In this document: one piece after another, positions 29,372-39,693 of the stretch
How the letters are laid out: every line of letters starts with the position of its first letter
Position numbering within the stretch: position 1 is the stretch's first letter
Assembly: GCA_945863035.1 (NCBI GenBank)
Contig: CAMAZH010000004.1
Coordinates: forward strand, 7,313 to 71,312
DNA from: Chitinophaga pinensis
GTDB taxonomy: Bacteria > Bacteroidota > Bacteroidia > Bacteroidales > GCA-2748055
DNA length: 64,000 bases
Reading direction: 5' to 3'
Translations under genes and position numbers: made by a program
The notes under the pieces: generated by a model
Databases searched by the model: none
The model's input: the letters and a program-made list of their open reading frames with translations, nothing else
What the model was told of the DNA's origin: nothing

Positions 29372-30415
29372 ATGGCTCTTCTTGTTTTTTATTTGCTTCT
29401 TGCACTGTTAGTTTCATTTCTATGCTCGGTTATGGAGGCCGTCTTGCTTTCGACCCCAATGTCGTTTATCAATGTTAAGGAAGCTGAAGGACATAAATCC
29501 GCTATACTTCTCAAAAAGATAAAGGGAAACCTTGACAAGCCCCTTTCTGCAATTCTTTCGCTCAACACCATTGCCCATACTATTGGCGCTGCCGGAGTTG
29601 GTGCGCAGGCCGTTAAGGTTTTCGGTGATGCCTACATCGGGCTGGTCTCAGCTGTGCTTACCATACTTATTCTGGTGCTATCCGAGATAATTCCAAAAAC
29701 AATCGGCACTACCTACTATCGGGACCTGGCATTGGTTGCCGGCAGGATTATTAATGTAATGATTATTATTGCATATCCCCTTGTTATTGTTTCTGAGTTT
29801 ATTACCCGGTCTTTTTCCAAATCGGAAAACGATCAGACCGTGAGTCGCGAGGAAGTTTCCGCCATGGCAAACATCGGTACCAAAGAGGGCGTTTTTGAGG
29901 AAAAAGAAAACAAAATCATCCAGAACCTGATCCGCCTGAGGAATGTTAACATCGACAGTATAATGACACCCCGGGTTGTGGTTTCACTTGCTGAGGAAAA
30001 CATGAGCCTTGAGGAATTCCTCAAAAACAAGTCGTTCATGCACTACTCCAGAATTCCCGTTTATTCTGAAAACCGCGACAACATAACCGGATACATTTTC
30101 AGGCAACTGGTATTCGAGAAGCTGGCCGAGGATGAAACAGACATTTTACTGAAGGACATCCGCAGAAACATCGTTGTGGTGCATTCGCACCAGCCCGTGC
30201 TGAGCGTATGGGAACAACTTCTCGACCGTAAGGAACATATTGCCCTGGTAGTTGACGAATATGGAGGAATGGATGGAATTGTTACCATGGAGGATATCAT
30301 CGAATCCCTTCTGGGCCTCGAGATTGTTGATGAAAAAGACCATGTTCGCGATATGCAGCAATTTGCCCGCGAGCGATGGAACGAGCGAAAGGCCAAATAC
30401 AATATTCTGGAATAA
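29372..30415 (+). CDS. CNNM (DUF21) + CBS domain protein (CorB/HlyC family)
   Basis: SFLCSVMEA, SEIIPKT, IMTPR, SRIPV, VVDEYGG..GIVTMED. Confidence 0.9.
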   Translation: MALLVFYLLLALLVSFLCSVMEAVLLSTPMSFINVKEAEGHKSAILLKKIKGNLDKPLSAILSLNTIAHTIGAAGVGAQAVKVFGDAYIGLVSAVLTILILVLSEIIPKTIGTTYYRDLALVAGRIINVMIIIAYPLVIVSEFITRSFSKSENDQTVSREEVSAMANIGTKEGVFEEKENKIIQNLIRLRNVNIDSIMTPRVVVSLAEENMSLEEFLKNKSFMHYSRIPVYSENRDNITGYIFRQLVFEKLAEDETDILLKDIRRNIVVVHSHQPVLSVWEQLLDRKEHIALVVDEYGGMDGIVTMEDIIESLLGLEIVDEKDHVRDMQQFARERWNERKAKYNILE

Positions 30416-31714
30416 TCAGTTTTTCTTCACCGAATTGGCAATCTGGTACCCGATAAGCCTGTCGAATCGTGAACTGCTCCCCCTGTGATACACAAGAATC
30501 AGATAATCGTTTTCGGTCTCATAATAATTCCCTTCAGCAACCGAGGCGTCGCCACCCGACTTCCCGTTTTTAAGAAATTCGTAACGGTAATTGTAATATC
30601 CCTGTTTTAACAACAGGTTAAGCTCGTATGACCGGCTTTCGGAGTTGTAGCTCATTCGGTTTTGATCGGAGTATTCCGATCCGGTTAGGGCCCCCATGAC
30701 GTAAAAGTCCCCGTCGTCGGCCGGGTTAACAAAGGGAAGCGAGAATTTTACATAGACATAATCGGCGTCGGTATCATCATTCTGCTCCTCCTGTATCTCC
30801 ACAAAATACTTTCCGTTCAGGTCGTCTTCAAAGAAATAGCGGGAGTTTGCTTTGAGCTGATCCGGAAAAAGGGTGACATTGAAATGCCCGTTGGCGTATT
30901 CGATGCTTTTTATATACGGACTCTGGTATCTCATACTTTTAATGTCGAACCAGCGATATTCGTTCCCCGCCGGAAAAATGTTCTCCATCTGATAGTTGTA
31001 TTCCAAAACCCCACTTTTATCATACAGAGGCTTCAGGTTTAAAATGGACTGATCCCACCGGCCATTTTGCAGCACAGCTACCTTTATATCGCTGTAGGGA
31101 TTTTCGATATCGTAGGAGCCTGTCTCTATATTGAAGTTGACTTCGTGACTTGTGTTTCGGTACATCGAAAGAACCGGCCGGCCAACAGCCGCGCTCACAT
31201 TCACAAGCGCGTCGGAAACCAGGAACCTGCGCGTAAAGGCAATCTTCTCCTCGTCCATATCTTCAAAAACCATAAGGACGTAATTCCCTGATACCAGAAA
31301 ACGGAAATCATCATTTGGCAATTTGAGTTTGTAATGAACATAGCTGAAATATGTATTAAACGAAAGCGCGTAGTCGGTAATCTGTTCGGGGAGAAATCCT
31401 TCCAGATAGTCTCCCTCATTAATGTTGGATGGTGTCCAGTCAAAATTGCAATGAACGATCTTGTAATAGTAATTGGCGATGTCGTCCGAGATATCATCAA
31501 AACCCAACTCAAGGCTTAACTCGCTGTTTAGGTCGATAATCGGATAGCTGAGTTTCCAGCCATCCCTGTAGAGTTGTATGGAGTGTATACTTTCTTTGTA
31601 AACGGCATCGGTTAAAACCAAGTCGTTATTTGGATTAATTCCAAAAACCTCTGAAAAAGAAAAGAAAGTGGCAATAAAAATGAAAAGTAAAATTATCTTG
31701 CGAACTGTTTTCAT
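30416..31714 (-). CDS. DUF5103 domain protein (T9SS plug-like)
   Basis: Signal peptide, IVHCNFDW, SFNT...Y.HY, GNEYR.FD, LLKQGYYNY, EGNYYETEN. Confidence 0.75.
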   Translation of the reverse strand: MKTVRKIILLFIFIATFFSFSEVFGINPNNDLVLTDAVYKESIHSIQLYRDGWKLSYPIIDLNSELSLELGFDDISDDIANYYYKIVHCNFDWTPSNINEGDYLEGFLPEQITDYALSFNTYFSYVHYKLKLPNDDFRFLVSGNYVLMVFEDMDEEKIAFTRRFLVSDALVNVSAAVGRPVLSMYRNTSHEVNFNIETGSYDIENPYSDIKVAVLQNGRWDQSILNLKPLYDKSGVLEYNYQMENIFPAGNEYRWFDIKSMRYQSPYIKSIEYANGHFNVTLFPDQLKANSRYFFEDDLNGKYFVEIQEEQNDDTDADYVYVKFSLPFVNPADDGDFYVMGALTGSEYSDQNRMSYNSESRSYELNLLLKQGYYNYRYEFLKNGKSGGDASVAEGNYYETENDYLILVYHRGSSSRFDRLIGYQIANSVKKN

Positions 31715-31932
31715 AAAGGTTGTTATTTGTAAAACAAACGATAAAAGGCAAGCTGTGGGCCGCGATGAGTTCTTTGTTCAAAGTGTTATGCCAAAGCGGA
31801 ACTCATTTGCCTTATCTTGGGATTAATATTAATAAATCTTCTTTTGCCTTCATTCAAAGAAAGTGCCAAAGTATTTATTTATATATTTTTATAGATATCT
31901 TACTTAACAGATTGTGAATTCTCAAATTTAGC

Positions 31933-31940
31933 TATTTTTG
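31933..31940 (+). promoter_or_regulatory. -7 box TATTTTTG of nqr operon
   Basis: TAnnTTTG 32 nt before the nqrA ATG. Confidence 0.6.
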
Positions 31941-31972
31941 TGCATTAAATTATTACCAAAAAAAATTATCAA

Positions 31973-33325
31973 ATGTCCGAAATTATCAAGATCAAACGAG
32001 GTCTGGATATTAAACTTCAGGGTAAAGCTGATAAGACAGTATCACAGGATGCCATCTCAGGATTGTATGCTATCAAGCCCACCGATTTTATCGGTCTGAC
32101 TCCGAAACTCATTGTTAACGAAGGCGATCTTGTTAAAGCAGGAACGCCACTGTTTTTCGATAAGAACCGTCCCGAGGTGAAATTCGTTTCGCCGGTTTCA
32201 GGGAAAGTTGTCGAAGTGAGCAGGGGGGAGAGGCGCAAGATACTTGCAGTTATCATTGAATCAGATGGAAAGAATGATTTTCTGAAATTTGCAACTGCCT
32301 CCCCGGCTGATTTATCCCGCGAAAAAATAACAGAAGCACTTTTGGAGAGTGGAATGTGGCCTATGATAATTCAGCGGCCCTATGGGGTTATTGCCGATCC
32401 CACCAAGAAGCCGAAAGCAGTATTTATTTCAGGCTTCGATACAGCCCCTCTGGCACCGGATTTGAACTTTCTGATGAAGGATTCCGAGAAGGCGTTTCAA
32501 ACGGGTATCAATGCTCTGAAGAAATTAACGGAGGGTAAAGTTCATCTGAGCTTGCCTGCGAATTCCGAGGTTTGCCCCGCTTTTGCAAAAGCGGTCAACA
32601 TCGAAGTTCATTATTTCAGCGGCCCTCATCCGGCAGGTAATGTTGGCATACAGATTCATCATATCGATCCCTTAAACAAAGCTGAGGAAGTTTGGGTGGT
32701 GAGCCCGCAAAATGTGGCAGCAATAGGCAAGCTCTTTCTCGAAGGCGTTTTTGACAATTCGGTTACCATTGCACTTACCGGTTCAGAGGTCCTGAAGCCT
32801 TCTTACTATAAGGTGGTCCGTGGAACTTCCGTGCTGGGATTGTTCAAAGACAACCTGACCGGAAAAGAACTGCGGTATATCAGTGGCGACGTTCTCTCAG
32901 GTACCCGGATAAGCAAAGATGGCTTTTTGGGTTTTTATGATAACCAGATAAGCGTCATCCCGGAAGGGAATTATTACGATTTCCTCGGTTGGGCGCTTCC
33001 CGGACTTGACAAATACAGCACTTCGCGTTCGTTCTTCTCCTGGCTTACTCCCTCTAAAAAATATGCTCTCGATACCAACCTTAAAGGCGGGGAAAGAGCT
33101 TTTGTGATGACAGGGGAATACGAAAAAGTTTTGCCCATGGACATCTACCCTGTGATGCTTATCAAAGCAATTCTTGCTGAAGATATTGATAAAATGGAGC
33201 AGCTGGGCATCTATGAGGTGGTTGAAGAGGATATGGCACTATGCGAGTTTGTGTGTACATCCAAAACGGAAGTGCAGTCAATACTGCGCAAAGGGCTTGA
33301 TCTCATGAAAAAGGAAATGGAATAA
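31973..33325 (+). CDS. nqrA: Na+-translocating NADH:quinone reductase subunit A
   Basis: IKRGLDI, GPHPAGNVG, EEDMALCEFVCTSK. Confidence 0.96.
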   Translation: MSEIIKIKRGLDIKLQGKADKTVSQDAISGLYAIKPTDFIGLTPKLIVNEGDLVKAGTPLFFDKNRPEVKFVSPVSGKVVEVSRGERRKILAVIIESDGKNDFLKFATASPADLSREKITEALLESGMWPMIIQRPYGVIADPTKKPKAVFISGFDTAPLAPDLNFLMKDSEKAFQTGINALKKLTEGKVHLSLPANSEVCPAFAKAVNIEVHYFSGPHPAGNVGIQIHHIDPLNKAEEVWVVSPQNVAAIGKLFLEGVFDNSVTIALTGSEVLKPSYYKVVRGTSVLGLFKDNLTGKELRYISGDVLSGTRISKDGFLGFYDNQISVIPEGNYYDFLGWALPGLDKYSTSRSFFSWLTPSKKYALDTNLKGGERAFVMTGEYEKVLPMDIYPVMLIKAILAEDIDKMEQLGIYEVVEEDMALCEFVCTSKTEVQSILRKGLDLMKKEME

Positions 33326-33440
33326 CGATTCAAGGACTTATACAATATTATGAATTCTGTATGCCATCCGACAAAAATAATGTAAGCAATATTTCGATTC
33401 ATAGAAGTTCTGCAATCGCGCTAAAATAAATTTTTATATA

Positions 33441-34625
33441 ATGAAAGCATTACGCAATTATTTAAATAAGATTAAGCCTAATTTTGAGAAGGGAGGAAAG
33501 TACCAGAAGCTGCAATCTACCTTTGATGCATTCGAGTCTTTTCTTTTTGTTCCCAACAAGGTGACCAGTTCCGGCACTCATATCCGCGACGCAATGGATA
33601 TGAAACGGACCATGACCGTTGTGGTACTTGCAATGATTCCTGCACTGCTGTTCGGAATTTGGAATACCGGTTATCATCATTTTCTCTCCGTCGGTGTTGA
33701 TGCCGGTTTTTGGGAAATAGTATGGTTTGGCTTCCTCAAAGTGCTCCCCATAATTGTCGTTTCATATGTTACCGGTCTGGGGATCGAGTTCGTCTTCGCC
33801 CAAATTCGCGGACACGAGGTTAATGAAGGATTCCTGGTTTCGGGGATGCTGATACCTCTCGTTATGCCTGCCGATGTTCCCTTATGGACAGTGGCCGTAG
33901 CAACTGCTTTTGCGGTAATTATCGGAAAAGAGGTTTTTGGCGGAACCGGGATGAATATTATGAATCCGGCCCTTACCGCTCGTGCATTCCTGTTTTTTGC
34001 CTATCCCTCCAAAATGTCGGGTGACCTGGTTTGGACCGCAGGCCTTCAGGGCGGCGAGGGTGTTGTGGATGGTTTCTCAGGATCTACAATTCTTGGGCAG
34101 GCTGCAGCAAACCATACGGAATTCACCAATGGCCTTGCCGGGCACTCGTATTCAACCTGGGATATGTTTCTTGGGACAATTCCCGGATCCATTGGCGAAA
34201 CCTCGACCCTTGCTATACTTCTTGGCGCGATTGTGCTCATTTATACAGGTGTTGGAAGCTGGAAAATTATTGCCTCCGTTTTTGCCGGGGGAGCACTTAT
34301 GGGACTCCTCTTAAACATTTTTGCGGTAAACAACTATATGGCCTTACCTTTCTGGGAACATCTTATTCTTGGGGGATTTGCTTTCGGTGCGGTTTACATG
34401 GCTACTGACCCCGTTACAGCATCACAAACAGCCCGTGGGAAATGGATCTATGGATTCCTTATCGGATTTCTGGCAATCTTGATTCGGGTATTAAACCCCG
34501 CTTATCCTGAAGGAATGATGATGGCAATTTTATTTATGAACGTTTTTGCCCCGCTGATCGATCACTATGTGGTTGAGTCGAATATTAAACGCAGGTTAAA
34601 AAGAGTTAAAGTTCATGCACAATAG
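33441..34625 (+). CDS. nqrB: Na+-NQR subunit B
   Basis: DMKRTM, EGFLVSG, KEVFGGTG.N, SGST FMN site, MATDPV. Confidence 0.96.
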   Translation: MKALRNYLNKIKPNFEKGGKYQKLQSTFDAFESFLFVPNKVTSSGTHIRDAMDMKRTMTVVVLAMIPALLFGIWNTGYHHFLSVGVDAGFWEIVWFGFLKVLPIIVVSYVTGLGIEFVFAQIRGHEVNEGFLVSGMLIPLVMPADVPLWTVAVATAFAVIIGKEVFGGTGMNIMNPALTARAFLFFAYPSKMSGDLVWTAGLQGGEGVVDGFSGSTILGQAAANHTEFTNGLAGHSYSTWDMFLGTIPGSIGETSTLAILLGAIVLIYTGVGSWKIIASVFAGGALMGLLLNIFAVNNYMALPFWEHLILGGFAFGAVYMATDPVTASQTARGKWIYGFLIGFLAILIRVLNPAYPEGMMMAILFMNVFAPLIDHYVVESNIKRRLKRVKVHAQ

Positions 34626-34633
34626 ATTTTACT

Positions 34634-35371
34634 ATGAAAAATTTTAGCAATACATACATATTTATTTTCTCGTCAATAATGGTGATTCTGGTTGCTGCTG
34701 TACTTTCGTTTGTGTCTGAAGCATTGCGACCCATTCAGCAGCTGAATGTTGAAATAGAGAAAAAGCAGGATATTCTCCGCTCCGTTGGTAAAGCACTGGA
34801 TTTTGCCAGCGTACCGGATAAAAACGCATATATTCTTGATGAATACAGCAAGTACATAAAAAGCAGCGTTGTTGTTAACTCCAAGGGCGAAACGTTGGAA
34901 GGTAGAGATGCTTTCGAAATCGTGAAAAAGCTGAAGGAAGAAATGGGAAAACCATTGGAACAGCGTGGTCTTCCGATTTTTGTTTATGAAGACGAGAGCC
35001 AGGTGAAACGATTTGTGATACCCGTCAGAGGCAAAGGTCTTTGGGGCCCCATCTGGGGTTATGTTTCCCTGAACGATGATTTTAACACCATTTCGGGCGC
35101 CATCTTTGACCACAAGTCCGAGACTCCTGGCTTGGGTGCCGAGATTCGTGAGGATTGGTTTCAGAAAGAATTCTTAAACAAGAAGATTTTTAATGAAGCC
35201 GGAGAACTTGTCTCTGTTGAGGTGGTTAAAGGCGGTACCAGCGACGACAATGCCTATGGGGTGGATGCCATTTCCGGAGGCACAATTACCAGCAAGGGGC
35301 TTGAAGACATGCTCCTCGACTGTCTCTTGCCTTATGAAAGTTACTTCGAATCAAACATGAAAAAAGATTGA
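34634..35371 (+). CDS. nqrC: Na+-NQR subunit C
   Basis: GKGLWG, ETPGLG, VDAISGGTITS FMN site. Confidence 0.95.
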   Translation: MKNFSNTYIFIFSSIMVILVAAVLSFVSEALRPIQQLNVEIEKKQDILRSVGKALDFASVPDKNAYILDEYSKYIKSSVVVNSKGETLEGRDAFEIVKKLKEEMGKPLEQRGLPIFVYEDESQVKRFVIPVRGKGLWGPIWGYVSLNDDFNTISGAIFDHKSETPGLGAEIREDWFQKEFLNKKIFNEAGELVSVEVVKGGTSDDNAYGVDAISGGTITSKGLEDMLLDCLLPYESYFESNMKKD

Positions 35372-35372
35372 T

Positions 35373-36017
35373 ATGAGCGAAAAAGAATCTCTGTTCTCGA
35401 CGAAAAATTTAAAACTTCTCAGAGACCCGCTTAACGCGGATAATCCAATTACGGTCCAGGTGTTGGGAATTTGCTCTGCACTTGCGGTAACCGTAAAAAT
35501 GGAGCCTTCGGTAGTTATGGCAATTTCCGTAATGGTTGTTACCGGCTTTTCCAACCTGGTTATCTCAATGCTCCGTAATACCATTCCCCCCCGAATAAGA
35601 ATTATTGTGCAACTAGTGGTGATTGCCATGTTGGTAATTCTCGTTGACCAGATACTTCAGGCTTATGCCTATGATGTAAGCAAGCAGTTATCGGTATTTG
35701 TCGGACTGATTATTACCAATTGTATCGTAATGGGTCGACTGGAGGCTTTTGCAATGGCAAACAAACCCTGGCCTGCTTTTCTCGACGGGATAGGCAACGG
35801 TGCAGGTTACGGGGCTATCCTCGTTATCGTTTCCTTTTTCAGGGAAGTTCTGGGCTCTGGCACTGTTTGGGGCTATAAAGTAATACCGAAGTTTGTTTAC
35901 GATGCGGGTTATATGGATAATGGACTTGTCATTCTGCCCCCAATGGCTCTGATTGTTGTTGGAATTATTATCTGGGTGCAGAGGAGCAAAAACAAGAACC
36001 TGATTGATAAAAGCTAA
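35373..36017 (+). CDS. nqrD: Na+-NQR subunit D
   Basis: NPITVQVLGICSALAVT, LIITNCIVMGR. Confidence 0.96.
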   Translation: MSEKESLFSTKNLKLLRDPLNADNPITVQVLGICSALAVTVKMEPSVVMAISVMVVTGFSNLVISMLRNTIPPRIRIIVQLVVIAMLVILVDQILQAYAYDVSKQLSVFVGLIITNCIVMGRLEAFAMANKPWPAFLDGIGNGAGYGAILVIVSFFREVLGSGTVWGYKVIPKFVYDAGYMDNGLVILPPMALIVVGIIIWVQRSKNKNLIDKS

Positions 36018-36032
36018 AAAAACGATATTGAA

Positions 36033-36650
36033 ATGGAAAATCTGGTAAATATATTTGTAAAGGGGATCTTCATCGAAAATATGATTTTTGCATATTTTCT
36101 TGGAATGTGCTCCTACCTTGCTGTTTCTAAAACGGTTAAGACATCCACAGGGCTTGGGATTGCTGTAATTTTTGTGCTTGGCATAACTGTTCCTATTAAT
36201 TACCTTCTGGAATCCTACGTTCTGAAGGAGGGTGCCCTTGCATGGCTTAGCCCGCAACTTGCCGATGTGAATTTGAGCTTTCTCAGTTTCATCATGTTTA
36301 TTGCCGTTATCGCCTCCATGGTTCAACTCGTTGAGATGGTAATCGAGAAGTTCAGCCCTTCTCTGTATTCCTCCCTTGGAATTTTTCTGCCCCTTATTGC
36401 CGTTAACTGCGCAATTCTTGGAGGTTCTTTGTTTATGCAGGAAAGAGAATACGCCAGCATCGCGGAAGCCACTTCCTTCGGATTAGGATCAGGCGTGGGT
36501 TGGTTCCTCGCAATTGTCGGCATCGCTGCAATTCGCGAAAAAATTACATACTCAAATGTTCCTGCCCCTCTCAGGGGATTGGGCATTACATTTATTACAA
36601 CGGGCTTGATGGCTATTGCTTTTATGTCGTTTATGGGCATCAAATTATAA
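36033..36650 (+). CDS. nqrE: Na+-NQR subunit E
   Basis: [23 protein letters not shown]. Confidence 0.96.
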   Translation: MENLVNIFVKGIFIENMIFAYFLGMCSYLAVSKTVKTSTGLGIAVIFVLGITVPINYLLESYVLKEGALAWLSPQLADVNLSFLSFIMFIAVIASMVQLVEMVIEKFSPSLYSSLGIFLPLIAVNCAILGGSLFMQEREYASIAEATSFGLGSGVGWFLAIVGIAAIREKITYSNVPAPLRGLGITFITTGLMAIAFMSFMGIKL

Positions 36651-36677
36651 GTTTTACTGAAGAATAAAATAGATACG

Positions 36678-37934
36678 ATGACAATTCTTGCAGCACAATT
36701 TACAGTCATTCTGATTAGCATCGGGGTGTTCCTATTGGTTATACTGGCTTTGGTTAGTATGCTTTTGTATGCGAAGGCAAAACTTAGTCCCCAGGGCGAG
36801 GTTCAGCTAACCATCAACGACGAGAAGGTATATACCGTATCACCCGGGGCGACCATTCTTTCCACCTTGTCAAACGAGAAAATATTTCTCCCATCGGCAT
36901 GTGGTGGCGGCGGAACTTGCGGTATGTGCAAGTGTCAGGTTCTTGAGGGCGGAGGCAGTATCCTGCCTACAGAAACCAGCTTCTTTACCCGTAAGGAACA
37001 GCAAAGCCAATGGAGATTGGGATGCCAGGTTAAGATTCGAGAGGATATGAAAATCAGGATCCCTGAAGAAGTGCTGGGAATCAAGAAGTGGGAATGCACT
37101 GTCATCTCAAACAGGAATGTTGCCACATTCATAAAAGAATTTGTTGTACAACTCCCTGTAGGGGAAGAACTCCATTTTAACTCGGGGGGATATATTCAGA
37201 TCGATGTTCCAAAAGTCGAAGTAGACTTTAAGGATATGGTAGTTGAGCCTCAGTTCCAGGACGAGTGGAATAAGTTTAAGCTATGGGATCTGAAGATGAA
37301 AAACTCTGAGGAGACATTCAGAGCCTATTCCATGGCCAACCATCCTGCAGAAGGGAATATTGTTATGTTGAACATTCGTATTGCCACCCCACCCTGGGAT
37401 AGGGCTAAAGGCGGTTTCATGAAGGTGAATCCGGGTATCTGTTCGTCATACATCTTCAGCAGGAAGCCGGGAGATAAAGTAACTCTTTCCGGACCTTATG
37501 GTGAATTCTTTATTAAGAACACCGAGCGCGAAATGATTTATATCGGGGGAGGGGCCGGCATGGCGCCTTTGCGTTCCCATATTTTCCATCTCTTCCATAC
37601 GCTCAAAACAAACCGTAAAGTATCTTATTGGTACGGTGCCCGCTCAAAAAGGGAGATTTTCTATGAGGAGGAATTCAGGAAAATAGAAAAGGATTTTCCT
37701 AACTTCAAATTCAATATCGCCCTCTCAGAGCCACACCCGGATGATAACTGGAAAGGCTATACCGGGTTTATTCACCAAGTGGTTTACAACGAATACCTGA
37801 GTAAACACAATGAGCCTGAAGATATCGAATTTTACCTCTGCGGACCTCCAATGATGAACGATGCGGTTCAGGATATGCTCACAAATCTTGGCGTACCTGA
37901 AGAGATGGTCGATTTTGATGATTTCGGAGGGTAG
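36678..37934 (+). CDS. nqrF: Na+-NQR subunit F
   Basis: SACGGGGTCGMC 2Fe-2S, RAYSMAN, GGGAGMAP, CGPP, DDFGG. Confidence 0.97.
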   Translation: MTILAAQFTVILISIGVFLLVILALVSMLLYAKAKLSPQGEVQLTINDEKVYTVSPGATILSTLSNEKIFLPSACGGGGTCGMCKCQVLEGGGSILPTETSFFTRKEQQSQWRLGCQVKIREDMKIRIPEEVLGIKKWECTVISNRNVATFIKEFVVQLPVGEELHFNSGGYIQIDVPKVEVDFKDMVVEPQFQDEWNKFKLWDLKMKNSEETFRAYSMANHPAEGNIVMLNIRIATPPWDRAKGGFMKVNPGICSSYIFSRKPGDKVTLSGPYGEFFIKNTEREMIYIGGGAGMAPLRSHIFHLFHTLKTNRKVSYWYGARSKREIFYEEEFRKIEKDFPNFKFNIALSEPHPDDNWKGYTGFIHQVVYNEYLSKHNEPEDIEFYLCGPPMMNDAVQDMLTNLGVPEEMVDFDDFGG

Positions 37935-37972
37935 TTTTTCCACGATTATCAAAATCCTTACATAGGCACGGT

Positions 37973-38989
37973 ATGAACAAAGTTAAATTAATTTTAATTG
38001 TTGCCTGTTTACTGTTCAGTGCGGCCTGCAATACTTCAGTAAAAAATGGAGTGTATTTCAAGATTGCCGGTTTTGCTCAGGGTACTACCTATCATATTAC
38101 CTATGAGCTTTTCGATACTGTCGACCTCAAACCGCAGGTGGATTCCATTTTAATGGCCTTCGACCGCTCGCTCTCCTCCTACGATACAAATTCAATAATT
38201 TCAAAAATCAACCGAAATGAAGATGTCATCGTGGATGACTTGTTTATGAAGGTTTTCGTTGCTTCTGATGAAGTACATCGCTTTTCTGACGGACTTTTTG
38301 ATATAACAGTAATGCCACTGGTCAATTCCTGGGGGTTTGGCCCGGGAACCCGTCAGGAAATGGATTCCGCAAGAATCGACAGCTTACTCGAATTTGTGGG
38401 AATGGAGAAAGTGAAAATTGAAAACGGTCGTTTGGTGAAAACTGATTCCCGCATTCAAATCGATGTGAATGCCATAGCACAGGGCTACTCGGTGGATATC
38501 GTTGCCGGGTTTCTCGAAGATATGGGTTCTGTTAATTACATGGTGGAAATAGGAGGGGAGGTCCGTGCCAAAGGAGTTAACCCAACCGGAAGAATTTGGA
38601 GAATAGGAATCGACAAGCCTGAGTTTGGAAACATGATTCCCGGAGCGGATCTTGAAGCGGTTGTTGAACTTAACAACAAGTCACTCGCCACATCAGGGAA
38701 CTACAGAAAGTATTATGAGGAAAACGGGGTGAAATATACTCATTCCATCGACCCGAAAACAGGGTATCCTGCGAAGCAATCTCTTTTAAGTGCCACAATT
38801 ATTGCTGATAATTGTATGATGGCTGATGCCTATGCAACGGTTTGTATGGTTGGAGGACTTGAAAAAAGCAAGGAGATTCTGGCCTTGCATCCTGAATTGG
38901 AAGCATACCTCATTTTTGGGGACGAAAGTGGAATCTACCAATTGTATGTAACGGAGGGAATGAGCAAGAGAATAGTTACGGAGCAATAA
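37973..38989 (+). CDS. apbE: FAD:protein FMN transferase (lipoprotein)
   Basis: Lipobox SAAC, AQGTTY, AIAQG, EIGGE, ATSGNY, ADAYAT. Confidence 0.93.
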   Translation: MNKVKLILIVACLLFSAACNTSVKNGVYFKIAGFAQGTTYHITYELFDTVDLKPQVDSILMAFDRSLSSYDTNSIISKINRNEDVIVDDLFMKVFVASDEVHRFSDGLFDITVMPLVNSWGFGPGTRQEMDSARIDSLLEFVGMEKVKIENGRLVKTDSRIQIDVNAIAQGYSVDIVAGFLEDMGSVNYMVEIGGEVRAKGVNPTGRIWRIGIDKPEFGNMIPGADLEAVVELNNKSLATSGNYRKYYEENGVKYTHSIDPKTGYPAKQSLLSATIIADNCMMADAYATVCMVGGLEKSKEILALHPELEAYLIFGDESGIYQLYVTEGMSKRIVTEQ

Positions 38990-38998
38990 TTTCTGAGT

Positions 38999-39184
38999 TC
39001 ATTCTTTAACATCACTGCAAGCTCCCCCGCAACAACCCCCAACACCCTTTTCCCGAAGTTCGTCGGAAACAGCATTGCAACTACTCCCCTTAAAGACGGC
39101 TTTTTTGTCGAAAATCAACTTTATTGAAAGGGCCACGAGGGCGAATCCCACAATAACTACCGATAATAATAGTACTTTAATCAT
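38999..39184 (-). CDS. Small single-TM Cys-rich protein (NqrM-like)
   Basis: TM helix, then FKGSSC...GGCCGGAC. Confidence 0.65.
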   Translation of the reverse strand: MIKVLLLSVVIVGFALVALSIKLIFDKKAVFKGSSCNAVSDELREKGVGGCCGGACSDVKE

Positions 39185-39351
39185 TTCCTGGATATTTTAG
39201 TCTGGAACTTTTGTTTCTGTAACACTTATGGATCAACTTTTATTTTTGGTCCGATCAGTATGAGGTAAACGCATATTAGCGAATCCCTTTTAATAATTCG
39301 GTTTGCTAGTGTAACAAAAAACGAAAATGATTGTTTGCCGATGGTTGAAAT

Positions 39352-39576
39352 TTATCCCGAACATGAACCGCAGCCTTCGATGGATTCCCCTTTTAGCTTC
39401 TTGAAGCACTTGATCTCGTCGTGCTTTACGCAAGTGATTCCTAGCTTATGCATCTCTTTGTTATGCCCAACCTGATACTTGGGAAATTTTTTGTTCTTGC
39501 GAAAAAGGATGTTAAAGGCCATTCCCACAAGGGCTATACTAAGGAGGGCGACGGAAAGCAAGAGTATTTTTATCAC
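39352..39576 (-). CDS. Small single-TM Cys-rich protein, related to 38999-39184
   Basis: GTG start, MIKILLLSV TM, KFP..VGHNKEM...GITC...C...GCGSC. Confidence 0.7.
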   Translation of the reverse strand: MIKILLLSVALLSIALVGMAFNILFRKNKKFPKYQVGHNKEMHKLGITCVKHDEIKCFKKLKGESIEGCGSCSG

Positions 39577-39693
39577 TGACTGAACAATTAGTTGTTTTGA
39601 ATGTCTTATAAGGTGCGAATTTAATGTTTTATCTTTAATTTCAAGTAATCCTTAATACCTTTGGTGTTGAGTATTTCCTAAAGAACCTGACGT

